DNA of 32,000 nucleotides from Micrococcus luteus NCTC 2665 (lineage in GTDB: Bacteria > Actinomycetota > Actinomycetes > Actinomycetales > Micrococcaceae). Position 1 is the stretch's first letter. The number at the start of each line of letters is the position of its first letter. Made by a program: the position numbers and the translations under genes. A model generated the notes under the pieces. The model worked only from the letters and a program-made list of their open reading frames with translations, searched no databases and was not told the DNA's origin. The stretch spans positions 1,170,001 to 1,202,000 of the forward strand of contig NC_012803.1 of NCBI RefSeq assembly GCF_000023205.1, read 5' to 3'. Of the stretch, positions 19,643 through 28,231 are shown piece by piece.

Positions 19643-19676
19643 GGCACGGGCCGGCCCGCCCGGGCGGCGTGCCTCA
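19640..19676. terminator. Shared hairpin between convergent mrpG and the thioesterase gene; both stop codons lie in the stem
   Basis: TGAGGCACG (19640-19648) pairs with CGTGCCTCA (19668-19676). The inner segment contains the palindrome CCGCCCGGGCGG. TGA of mrpG and TCA (the minus-strand TGA) of the thioesterase form the outermost base pairs. Confidence 0.45.
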
Positions 19677-20192
19677 GCGCGCGTCGAGGAGCATGTTCGT
19701 CATGCGCACGGTCGAGAGCCGCCGGCCCTGCTCGTCCGTCATCACCACCTCATGGGTGACGAGGGTGCCGCCCAGGTGGACGGCGGTCGCGGTGCCGGTC
19801 ACGAGGCCCGAGCGGACGGCCCGGTGGTGCGTGGCGCTGATCTCGACCCCGACGACGTTGCGGTCCGGCCCGGCGTGGATCTTCGCGGCCATCGAGCCCA
19901 GGGACTCGGCGAGGACGAGGTGGGCGCCGCCGTGCAGCAGCCCGACGGGCTGCTCGTTGCCTGCCACGGGCAGGGTGGCGACGGCGCGCTCGGCCGTGAG
20001 CTCGAGGAAGCGCAGGCCCATCTTCTGGGCCAGGGGGCTGATCGCCGCGCCGCCGAGCGCGGCGACGAGCTCGGGCGTCAGACCGGCCTCGGCGCAGGCC
20101 GCCGCCAGCTCGGCGGGGCTCAGCTCGGGGGTGACGCCGGGGCGGTACACGCGGTCGGAGGCGGCGGGGGTGGTCGCGGTGTGCTCACTCAT
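19674..20192 (-). CDS. PaaI/YbdB-type hotdog-fold thioesterase
   Basis: LLHGGAHLVLAESLGS plus the GVEISATHHRAV...GTATAVHLGGTLVTHEVVMTDEQGR pattern. I chose the start MSEHTA (ATG 20192). The longer version from 20261 would overlap the polA start. Confidence 0.75.
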   Translation of the reverse strand: MSEHTATTPAASDRVYRPGVTPELSPAELAAACAEAGLTPELVAALGGAAISPLAQKMGLRFLELTAERAVATLPVAGNEQPVGLLHGGAHLVLAESLGSMAAKIHAGPDRNVVGVEISATHHRAVRSGLVTGTATAVHLGGTLVTHEVVMTDEQGRRLSTVRMTNMLLDAR

Positions 20193-20259
20193 GAGCACTA
20201 GGCTGGCACACGCGACCGGTGCGCCCCGCGCCGCGCGCCGAGAGGAGACGTGAGCACCC

Positions 20260-23073
20260 ATGGCGGCAGATCCGACCCCAGAGGCCCCACAGCGGCTGCT
20301 GGTCCTGGACGGGCACTCGATGGCGTTCCGCGCGTTCTACGCGCTGCCCGCCGAGAACTTCGCCACGGACACGGGCCAGCACACGAACGCCGTGTATGGC
20401 TTCACCGCCATGCTCCTGACCATGATCCGGCAGCAGCGGCCCACGCACGTGGCCGTGGCGTTCGACCTCTCCGGGCCCACGTTCCGCTCCGAGGAGTACG
20501 CGGAGTACAAGGCCGGCCGCTCCGAGACGCCCGCGGAGTTCGCGGGCCAGATCGAGCTGACCGTGAAGGTCATGGAGGCCCTGGGCATCCCCACGCTCAC
20601 GCTGGAGGGCTACGAGGCCGACGACATCGTGGCCACACTGTCCGCGCGCGCCGAGGAGGCGGGGTGGGAGGCCGTCGTCGTCTCCGGTGACCGGGACGCG
20701 TTCCAGCTCATCTCCGAGCGCACCACGGTGCTCTACCCCAAGAAGGGCGTCTCCGACATCCCGCCGATGGACGCGGACGCCGTCCTGGCCAAGTACGGGG
20801 TCGCCCCCGCCCAGTACCCCGAGCTCGCGGCCCTCGTCGGCGAGGCCGCGGACAACCTGCCCGGCGTGCCCGGCGTCGGCCCCGGGTTCGCCGCGAAATG
20901 GCTGAAGCAGTACGGGGACCTCGACGGCGTGCTGGCGCACGCGCACGAGATCACGGGCAAGAAGGGGGAGGCGCTGCGCGAGCATCTCGAGGACGTGCGC
21001 CGCAACCGCCGCCTCAACGCCCTCGTGCGCGACCTCGACCTGCCGATCGGGCTCGAGGCGATGCGGCTCGAGATGCCCGAGCGCGAGCCCGTGGAGGAGC
21101 TGTTCGACGCGCTGCAGTTCAACCGCATCCGGGAGCGCGTGTTCGAGGTGTTCGGCGAGCGGGTGGGCGAGGACGCGCCGCCCCCCGAGGTCGAGGCCGC
21201 CCCCGAGTTCACCGAGGCGACGACGGCCGAGGACGTGCGTGCCTTCCTCGCCGCGGAGGCCGGCACCCTGCTCGGCGTCCACGTGGACGTCGAGGGCCCG
21301 GCCCTGCTGCCCCGCCGCAAGGTGCCCGTGCCCGGCACGTTCGGCACGCCCGTCGGGGTCGCGCTGGTGGGTGAGCACGCGGGCCTGCACGTCACCCTCG
21401 ACGGCGACGCCCCGGACCCGGCGCTGGTGGCCGCCGTGCGCGAGGCCCTCGGCGAGGGCGGACTGGCCAAGGCCGTGCACGACCTCAAGCGCACCCTCAA
21501 GGCGCTGGCCGCACCCACCGAGGGCGACGGGCTCGGCCCGGACGCGGCCCTGGACGGCGTGGTGGACGACGTGCTGCTCTCGGCCTACCTGATCCAGCCG
21601 GACCGGCGGGACACCTCGCTCGAGGCGCTGGCGGAGGCGCATCTGCACACCCCCCTCGCCGCCCCGCGCGAGCCTGCTCAGCAGCGGGCGCAGGGGACGT
21701 TCGACCTCGACGGGGGTCAGGCCGCCGCCGACCGCGCGGCCCGCGCCGCGGACGCCGTGCGGGCCGCCTGGGTGGTGCGCCGTCTCTCGACCCAGTTCAC
21801 GCCCCAGGTGCTCGACCGCGGGGCGCAGCGGCTGCTGCAGGAGCTCGAGATCCCGCTCTCGCGGCTGCTCGCCCGGATGGAGCTGGCAGGCATCGCCGTC
21901 GACGTCGACGCCCTGACCGACCTGCGCGAGGACTTCACCGCCGCCGCCGACGCCGCCAAGGAGTCCGCGTGGGCGTCCGTCGCGGAGGAGACCGGCGGGA
22001 TGCAGGTCAACCTCGGCTCTCCCAAGCAGCTGCAGGAGGTGCTGTTCGAGCGGCTCAACATGCCGCGCACGCGCAAGACGAAGACCGGCTACTCCACGGA
22101 CGTGGACTCGTTGCAGGACCTGCTCGAGCAGACCCGGCACCCGTTCCTCGAGAACCTGATGGCCCACCGCGACGCCACGAAGCTGCGGCAGACCGTGGAG
22201 GGGCTGCTCGAGACCGTCGCCCCGGACGACCGCATCCACACCACCTACTCGCAGACCGCCGCCGCCACGGGCCGACTGTCCTCGCTGCACCCGAACCTCC
22301 AGAACATCCCGGTGCGCACCGAGGCGGGCCGCCGCATCCGCGAGGTGTTCGTGGCGGACGAGGTGGCCGGCGAGCAGGCCGTGCTGCTCTCCGCGGACTA
22401 CTCCCAGATCGAGATGCGCATCATGGCGCACCTGTCCGAGGACGAGGGGCTGATCCAGGCCTTCCGCGAGGGCGAGGACCTGCACTCGTTCGTCGGCTCG
22501 CAGGTGTTCGGCGTGGACCCGGACGAGGTCACGGCGGAGCAGCGCGCCAAGGTGAAGGCGATGAGCTACGGCCTGGCCTACGGGCTGTCCTCCTTCGGGT
22601 TGTCCAAGCAGCTGAAGATCTCGGTGGACGAGGCGCGCGGCCTCATGAAGGGCTACTTCGACCGCTTCGGCGGCGTGCGCGACTACCTGCGCGACGTCGT
22701 CGCACAGGCCCGGCAGGACGGGTACACCTCGACGATCGAGGGGCGCCGCCGCTACCTGCCGGACCTCAGCTCGGACAACCGTCAGCTGCGGGACATGGCC
22801 GAGCGCGCCGCGCTCAACGCCCCCATCCAGGGCTCGGCCGCGGACATCATCAAGCGCGCGATGCTCGACGTGCAGGCCGGCCTCGAGGAGCACGGGCTGG
22901 CCTCGCGCCTGCTGCTGCAGGTCCACGACGAGCTCATCCTCGAGGTCCCGGCCGCCGAGCTCGAGCAGGCCACGGCGCTGCTGGAGGAGCGGATGGGCCG
23001 GGCCGCCGAGCTCTCCGTGCCGCTCGACGTGCACGTGGGCCGGGGAAGGAGCTGGCATGACGCCGCACACTGA
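20260..23073 (+). CDS. polA: DNA polymerase I
   Basis: 5' nuclease domain (LLVLDGHSMAFRAFYAL, VVSGDRDAFQL). Polymerase motifs RIHTTYSQTAAATGRLSS, DYSQIEMRIMAHLS, RAKVKAMSYGLAYG, QVHDELILE. AGAGGAG lies 12 nt upstream of the ATG. Confidence 0.95.
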   Translation: MAADPTPEAPQRLLVLDGHSMAFRAFYALPAENFATDTGQHTNAVYGFTAMLLTMIRQQRPTHVAVAFDLSGPTFRSEEYAEYKAGRSETPAEFAGQIELTVKVMEALGIPTLTLEGYEADDIVATLSARAEEAGWEAVVVSGDRDAFQLISERTTVLYPKKGVSDIPPMDADAVLAKYGVAPAQYPELAALVGEAADNLPGVPGVGPGFAAKWLKQYGDLDGVLAHAHEITGKKGEALREHLEDVRRNRRLNALVRDLDLPIGLEAMRLEMPEREPVEELFDALQFNRIRERVFEVFGERVGEDAPPPEVEAAPEFTEATTAEDVRAFLAAEAGTLLGVHVDVEGPALLPRRKVPVPGTFGTPVGVALVGEHAGLHVTLDGDAPDPALVAAVREALGEGGLAKAVHDLKRTLKALAAPTEGDGLGPDAALDGVVDDVLLSAYLIQPDRRDTSLEALAEAHLHTPLAAPREPAQQRAQGTFDLDGGQAAADRAARAADAVRAAWVVRRLSTQFTPQVLDRGAQRLLQELEIPLSRLLARMELAGIAVDVDALTDLREDFTAAADAAKESAWASVAEETGGMQVNLGSPKQLQEVLFERLNMPRTRKTKTGYSTDVDSLQDLLEQTRHPFLENLMAHRDATKLRQTVEGLLETVAPDDRIHTTYSQTAAATGRLSSLHPNLQNIPVRTEAGRRIREVFVADEVAGEQAVLLSADYSQIEMRIMAHLSEDEGLIQAFREGEDLHSFVGSQVFGVDPDEVTAEQRAKVKAMSYGLAYGLSSFGLSKQLKISVDEARGLMKGYFDRFGGVRDYLRDVVAQARQDGYTSTIEGRRRYLPDLSSDNRQLRDMAERAALNAPIQGSAADIIKRAMLDVQAGLEEHGLASRLLLQVHDELILEVPAAELEQATALLEERMGRAAELSVPLDVHVGRGRSWHDAAH

Positions 23074-24430
23074 CGCGCCGGAGGGTCCGTCGCTGCGGCG
23101 GCTGGCCGACGCCGCCGAGGCCCGGCTCGGCGAGCACGGCCTCGCGCTGCGCGACCTGGGGGTCCTCGGCCCCGAGGACCCCGCCGCATCGCACTTCGTG
23201 GCCGCGGTCGAACGGGGCTTCTACGAGACGGTGCCCACGGGTGCCGCGCTCCGCCAGCAGCTCGAGGCCCACGCGGCCGACGGACGGCGCCGGCTCGGCG
23301 TCTACGCGCCGGGGGACGACCCGGCGGCCCGCCGCCCCGCCGCCACCTTCGAGGACTTCGTGCAGCCGCTGACCACGTCGCCCGGCCGCACCGTCGACGC
23401 CTGGCTGATCACCGACGTGACCGTCTCGCCGGACGCCCGCCGGCGCGGCGTGCTGCGGGCCATGATGCTCAGGTCCCTCGCGGACGCCCGCGACGCCGGC
23501 CTGTGCGCGGCCGCCCTGACCGCGACCGAGGCCGCCATCTACGGTCGCTTCGGCTTCGGGGCCGCCACCCGGTGGCACGCCGTGCGGATCGACGTCTCGG
23601 GCGCCCCCGCGTTCACGGGCGCCCCGGCCGGCGGGCGGGTCACGGTCGAGGAGCCGCGGGAGATCCCCGGCCTCGTGGACGAGCTGTACGGGCGGGTGCT
23701 GCCGGCCACCCCCGGCTCGGTCCAGCGGACCTCGTTCAGCGTGCCTCGCTGGGAGGACCGCGAGGCGAGCCGGAACGAGGGGCGCGGCTCGGGGCTGTAC
23801 GGGGCGGTCCACCGCGACGACGACGGGCGGATCCAGGGCGTCGCGCTGTATCGGTTCGAGGGCTGGGAGAAGGGGCCGCCCACGATCACCGTCACCGCGT
23901 TCCTCGCGGCGACCGCCGACGCGCGGCGCGGGCTCGTCCACCACCTGGCCCGGCTGGACCTGGTCGAGCGGATCGAGTGGGGCCGCGCGCCCGAGCCCGG
24001 CTGGCTCGAGGCGCTCTTCGTCGACGAGCGACGGGTGAGCCGGCACCGCGGCTCCGACGACCTGTACCTGCGGGTCCTGGACCTGCCCGCCGCCATGGCG
24101 TCTCGCGGCTGGGCGGTCGACGGGGAGGTCGTCGTCGCCGTCGAGGACGCGCTCGGCGCGATCGACGGGACGTGGCGGCTCACCGTGCGCCAGGGGCGCG
24201 GCGCCGCCGAGCGGCTGGGCCCCGCGGCCGACGCCGTGGGCCTGGGCGCGGGGCTCCGGCTCGACGCGGCCCGGTTCTCCGCGCTCTGGCTCGGCGGGCA
24301 CTCCCGCGGGGCCGGCGCCGCGGTGCTGGCGGAGGCCGGTGTCGTGGCGGAGCTGCGGGCCGGCGCGGCGGAGGCGTTCGACGCGCTCGTGCGGCCCGGA
24401 CGACCCCTGCACACCCTCGTCGGCTTCTGA
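23057..24430 (+). CDS. Eis-like GNAT N-acetyltransferase (GNAT + second GNAT-like + SCP2-like C-terminal region)
   Basis: ITDVTVSPDARRRGVLRAMMLRSL...AIYGRFGFG (GNAT motif A). The length and the C-terminal RVLDLPAAMASRGW segment resemble Eis-family proteins. The start overlaps the polA 3' end by 17 nt. Confidence 0.7.
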   Translation: MTPHTDAPEGPSLRRLADAAEARLGEHGLALRDLGVLGPEDPAASHFVAAVERGFYETVPTGAALRQQLEAHAADGRRRLGVYAPGDDPAARRPAATFEDFVQPLTTSPGRTVDAWLITDVTVSPDARRRGVLRAMMLRSLADARDAGLCAAALTATEAAIYGRFGFGAATRWHAVRIDVSGAPAFTGAPAGGRVTVEEPREIPGLVDELYGRVLPATPGSVQRTSFSVPRWEDREASRNEGRGSGLYGAVHRDDDGRIQGVALYRFEGWEKGPPTITVTAFLAATADARRGLVHHLARLDLVERIEWGRAPEPGWLEALFVDERRVSRHRGSDDLYLRVLDLPAAMASRGWAVDGEVVVAVEDALGAIDGTWRLTVRQGRGAAERLGPAADAVGLGAGLRLDAARFSALWLGGHSRGAGAAVLAEAGVVAELRAGAAEAFDALVRPGRPLHTLVGF

Positions 24431-24572
24431 TACGCTGGACGAGCACATTCGTGCGCATTTGATACATGTCCATCACGACCCACGCCGGGTGGGGCCCCTC
24501 TGGTGCCCGGATGCCGCCCATCAGCGGCATCGATCCCGACGTGACCCCCGATCCCAACGGAGTCCCTCCTAC

Positions 24573-26030
24573 ATGACCACCACTTCCAACGCCCCGCAGG
24601 TCGCCATCAACGACATCGGCTCTGCCGAGGACCTGCTCGCCGCCATCGACGCGACCATCAAGTACTTCAACGATGGCGACCTCGTCGAGGGCACCGTCGT
24701 CAAGGTGGACCGCGACGAGGTCCTGCTCGACATCGGCTACAAGACCGAGGGCGTCATCCCGTCCCGCGAGCTGTCCATCAAGCACGACGTGGACCCGGAC
24801 GAGGTCGTGGCCGTGGGCGACACCGTCGAGGCCCTGGTCCTCACCAAGGAGGACAAGGAGGGTCGCCTGATCCTCTCGAAGAAGCGCGCCCAGTACGAGC
24901 GCGCGTGGGGCGACATCGAGAAGATCAAGGAGGAGGACGGCGTCGTCGAGGGCACCGTCATCGAGGTGGTCAAGGGCGGGCTCATCCTCGACATCGGCCT
25001 GCGCGGCTTCCTCCCGGCCTCCCTCGTGGAGATGCGCCGCGTGCGCGACCTGGCCCCCTACATCGGCCAGAAGCTCGAGGCGAAGATCATCGAGCTGGAC
25101 AAGAACCGCAACAACGTGGTCCTGTCCCGCCGCGCCTGGCTCGAGCAGACCCAGTCCGAGGTCCGCTCGAACTTCCTCCACAAGCTGGAGAAGGGCCAGG
25201 TCCGCAACGGCACCGTGTCCTCCATCGTCAACTTCGGCGCCTTCGTGGACCTGGGCGGCGTGGACGGCCTCGTGCACGTCTCCGAGCTGTCCTGGAAGCA
25301 CATCGACCACCCGTCCGAGGTCGTCGAGGTGGGCCAGGAGGTCACCGTCGAGGTCCTCGAGGTGGACATGGACCGCGAGCGTGTCTCCCTGTCGCTGAAG
25401 GCGACCCAGGAGGACCCGTGGCAGCTCTTCGCCCGCACCCACGCCCTCGGCCAGGTCGTGCCGGGCAAGGTCACCAAGCTCGTGCCGTTCGGTGCGTTCG
25501 TCCGCGTGGAGGACGGCATCGAGGGCCTCGTGCACATCTCGGAGCTGGCCTCGCGCCACATCGACACCGCCGAGCAGGTCGTGTCGGTCAACGACGAGCT
25601 GTTCGTCAAGGTCATCGACATCGACCTCGAGCGTCGCCGCATCTCCCTGTCCCTCAAGCAGGCCAACGAGGGCGTGGACCCCGAGGGCACCGAGTTCGAC
25701 CCGGCGCTCTACGGCATGGCCGCGGAGTACGACGAAGAGGGCAACTACAAGTACCCCGAGGGCTTCGACGTCGAGACCAACGAGTGGATGGAGGGCTTCG
25801 AGACCGAGCGCGCCGCCTGGGAGCAGCAGTACGCCGACGCTCAGGCCCGCTGGGAGGCCCACAAGGAGCAGGTGCGCCGCTCCCTCCAGGAGGAGGCCAC
25901 CGCCGGCGCCGACGCCGGTGCGAGCCTGGGCGGCTCGTCCTACTCGTCCGAGGCGCCGTCCTCGGACGGCGGCACCCTGGCCTCCGACGAGGCCCTCGCC
26001 GCCCTGCGCGAGAAGCTCACCGGCAACTGA
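24573..26030 (+). CDS. rpsA: 30S ribosomal protein S1
   Basis: MTTTSNAPQVAINDIGSAEDLLAAIDATIKYFNDGDLVEGTVVKVDRDEVLLDIGYKTEG, plus four S1 repeats (GTVIEVVKGGLILDIG, GTVSSIVNFGAFVDLG, GKVTKLVPFGAFVRVE). Actinobacterial-type acidic C-terminal tail. Confidence 0.95.
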   Translation: MTTTSNAPQVAINDIGSAEDLLAAIDATIKYFNDGDLVEGTVVKVDRDEVLLDIGYKTEGVIPSRELSIKHDVDPDEVVAVGDTVEALVLTKEDKEGRLILSKKRAQYERAWGDIEKIKEEDGVVEGTVIEVVKGGLILDIGLRGFLPASLVEMRRVRDLAPYIGQKLEAKIIELDKNRNNVVLSRRAWLEQTQSEVRSNFLHKLEKGQVRNGTVSSIVNFGAFVDLGGVDGLVHVSELSWKHIDHPSEVVEVGQEVTVEVLEVDMDRERVSLSLKATQEDPWQLFARTHALGQVVPGKVTKLVPFGAFVRVEDGIEGLVHISELASRHIDTAEQVVSVNDELFVKVIDIDLERRRISLSLKQANEGVDPEGTEFDPALYGMAAEYDEEGNYKYPEGFDVETNEWMEGFETERAAWEQQYADAQARWEAHKEQVRRSLQEEATAGADAGASLGGSSYSSEAPSSDGGTLASDEALAALREKLTGN

Positions 26031-26074
26031 TCGCCGCGGTGCGTGACCGTCCCTGACGGCCCGCGCCGACAACC

Positions 26075-26112
26075 CGACGCCCCGTCCCTCCCTCCGGAGG
26101 GGCGGGGCGTCG
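26075..26112. terminator. 17-bp hairpin (one G-U pair) with CTCC loop between convergent rpsA and the methyltransferase gene
   Basis: CGACGCCCCGTCCCTCC-ctcc-GGAGGGGCGGGGCGTCG. The arms are complementary except for one T/G position. No U-tract. Confidence 0.5.
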
Positions 26113-26165
26113 TCGCGTCCCGGGGGGCTGGCCGTGGGGGAGCGGACGGGACCCGACGGCCGCGC

Positions 26166-27383
26166 TCAGCGGCGCTCGGAGACCGTCACGGTGAACGTGC
26201 GGTCGCGCGCCGTCTGCCGAGTCGGCCCGACGAGCTCCTCCAACATCGGCCGATACCGCAGGTGCGAGTTCCAGACACACCACAGCCGGCCGCCCGGCTC
26301 CAGCACCCGCGCCGCGGCCGCCACCAGCCGGTGCGCCACGGAGGGGTCCACGGCGTTGCCGTCGTGGAACGGGGGATTCAGGAGCACGCACTCCTCCGTC
26401 CCGTCTGGCCACGTGGCCAGGGCGTCGTCGCGCACGGCCCGGACGCGGTCCGCCACGCGGTTCGCGCGGGCCGTGGCGAGCGTCGAGGCGACCGCCACGG
26501 CGGACTGGTCGGTGGCCAGCACGGTGACGTGCGGCCACAGCCGCGCCGCCCCGACCGAGAGCAGCCCGTTGCCGCAGCCCAGGTCCACGAGGCGCCCCGG
26601 CGGGCGCGGGTCGTCGGCGAGCGAGGTGAGCAGCAGACGGGAGCCCGGGTCGGCGGCGGCTCCGCCGAAGGTGCCGGCGTGGGCCACCAGGTGCAGGCGC
26701 CCCACGCCGGGGACGTCGCGGTCGGCCTCCTCCGGCGGCCGGGGGGTCACGCCGGGACGCGGGCCCCGGGCCGTGAGCACGCGCGCCTTGCGGCGTCCCC
26801 GTCCGGCGACGACGTCCTCGAACGCCGCGCCGAGCACCGCGTTCATGCGCGGACTCATGTGCTTGTCGCGGCCGCCGGCCAGCAGGACCACGCCGGGGTC
26901 GGCCACGGCTGCGACGATCCGGGACAGCCGGTCGAGCTCGTCGAGCGAGCGGGGCAGCGGCAGCAGGACCGTCCGGGCTCCCCGGACCGCCTCCTCGGGC
27001 GTGGCCGACCGCTCGAGCTCGCCGGTCTCCCCGCCGAGGCGACCGGCGGCGCGCCACGCGGCGAGGTTCGCGTCCAGCGAGCGCTCGGCGGAGGCGTCGT
27101 CCTGGTGGACCCGCACGTCGTGGCCGGCCATGAGCAGGGGCAGGGTCAGGGCGCCGTGCCGGTCCTCCAGGACGGCCACCGGGCCGGGGACGTGCCCGCT
27201 CGCGATCCACCCGGCCAGGGTGTCGAGCAGGAGCAGGTCCGCCGCGTCGTGGGCCTGGCGGCCGGGCTCGGGCGGCAGCGGCCACCGATCCAGCGCCGCG
27301 AAGTCCACGCCCGCGGTGAGGTCGTCCGGCAGCCCGCCGCGGGCGACATCGGGGGTGACCCCCCGGGGCAACGGCTCACTCAT
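26166..27383 (-). CDS. Class I SAM-dependent methyltransferase, two-domain RsmC/RlmG-like (putative rRNA m2G methyltransferase)
   Basis: SAM motif LVDLGCGNGLLS and catalytic LNPPFH motif in the C-terminal half. The N-terminal half is methyltransferase-like but lacks these motifs. I chose the start MSEPLP (ATG 27383), which overlaps the yigZ stop (ATGAGTGA). Confidence 0.75.
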   Translation of the reverse strand: MSEPLPRGVTPDVARGGLPDDLTAGVDFAALDRWPLPPEPGRQAHDAADLLLLDTLAGWIASGHVPGPVAVLEDRHGALTLPLLMAGHDVRVHQDDASAERSLDANLAAWRAAGRLGGETGELERSATPEEAVRGARTVLLPLPRSLDELDRLSRIVAAVADPGVVLLAGGRDKHMSPRMNAVLGAAFEDVVAGRGRRKARVLTARGPRPGVTPRPPEEADRDVPGVGRLHLVAHAGTFGGAAADPGSRLLLTSLADDPRPPGRLVDLGCGNGLLSVGAARLWPHVTVLATDQSAVAVASTLATARANRVADRVRAVRDDALATWPDGTEECVLLNPPFHDGNAVDPSVAHRLVAAAARVLEPGGRLWCVWNSHLRYRPMLEELVGPTRQTARDRTFTVTVSERR

Positions 27384-28077
27384 GGTCCACCCAGTCCTCT
27401 CCGATCCGCTCCGCATGGCCCGCGCCGGCCGTGACGTCCGCGAGCCGCGCCGCGAACGCCGCGCGGGCCTCCTCGGTGTCCGGCACGCCGACCGTCAGGC
27501 GTACCGCCGCGGCGCCGTAGCTCGCTTCCAGCACCGACACGCCCGCCGCGCGCAGCTCGTTCTCCCACCGGCCGGCGTCGGTGTGGGGCGCCTCCACCGC
27601 GAGCAGGGCCAGCCGGGAGCGGGTGCGCAGCGGGGCGGCGTCGAGTGCCCCGGACACCGAGTCCGAGTAGGCGCGCACCAGGCCCCCGGCGCCCAGCTTG
27701 ATCCCCCCGAACCAGCGCACGACGACGGCGCACACGTCCGTCAGGTCGGTCCGGCCCGGCGCGGTCTCGCGCTGGACGAGGGACTCGAGCATGGGGACGC
27801 CGGCGGTGCCGGCAGGCTCGCCGTCGTCGCTGGAGCGCATCCGGTCCCGGGCGGGGCCGAGGACGAACGCGCTGCACACGTGCCGCGCGTCGTGGTGCCG
27901 GCGCCGCAGGACGGCGATCATCTCGCGCGCCTGCGCCTCGTCCTCGACGCGGCCGAGATAGGTGAGGAAGCGGCTGCGGCGGATCTCCACCTCCCGTTCC
28001 AGCCAGCCGTCGGGGTCGCGGGCGGCCGCCGGCAGGACCGTGCAGCGCACGGTCGGGGCGGGGGCGGGATCGGGCAT
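27376..28077 (-). CDS. yigZ: YigZ / IMPACT-family (UPF0029) protein
   Basis: EIRRSRFLTYL, ARHVCSAFVLG, SSDDGEPAGTAGVPMLESL, VVVRWFGGIKLGAGGLVRAYS are the hallmark blocks of the family. Confidence 0.8.
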   Translation of the reverse strand: MPDPAPAPTVRCTVLPAAARDPDGWLEREVEIRRSRFLTYLGRVEDEAQAREMIAVLRRRHHDARHVCSAFVLGPARDRMRSSDDGEPAGTAGVPMLESLVQRETAPGRTDLTDVCAVVVRWFGGIKLGAGGLVRAYSDSVSGALDAAPLRTRSRLALLAVEAPHTDAGRWENELRAAGVSVLEASYGAAAVRLTVGVPDTEEARAAFAARLADVTAGAGHAERIGEDWVDHE

Positions 28078-28083
28078 GACCCC

Positions 28084-28089
28084 ACCCTA
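28084..28089 (-). promoter_or_regulatory. Candidate -10 hexamer TAGGGT (minus strand), exactly 6 nt upstream of the yigZ ATG (possible leaderless mRNA)
   Basis: The minus strand reads TAGGGT-GGGGTC-ATG. No Shine-Dalgarno is present. Confidence 0.3.
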
Positions 28090-28231
28090 GGGGCTGGCCG
28101 ACGACGGGCACGCCGTCGAGCCGGGACGTGTGCGTCGGTACAGTGGGGGACCGTGCCACCCGGCGCCGGCCCACCGGTGAGCGTGCACGCGTGCCGCCGC
28201 GGGCTTCCCACGACCCTGTCCCGGGAGACTC

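Noticed and set aside
13377-19676. tRNA-Leu followed by the mrp operon as a tRNA-anchored genomic island.
   Set aside because: There is no integrase, recombinase or mobility gene, and I saw no downstream direct repeat of the tRNA 3' end. The mrp genes show the same composition and coupling style as their neighbours.
20193-20261. A longer thioesterase start at ATG 20261, where the CCATGG palindrome gives an ATG on both strands and overlaps the polA ATG.
   Set aside because: It would add 23 non-conserved residues (MGAHVSSRRAARGAPVACASLVL) and remove all divergent promoter space between the two genes. The MSEHTA start at 20192 is more plausible, though unproven.
24510-24531. The hexaloop hairpin in the rpsA leader as a PdtaR/ANTAR target.
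   Set aside because: ANTAR targets are two tandem hairpins with A at loop position 1 and G at position 4. This is a single hairpin with loop CCAUCA.
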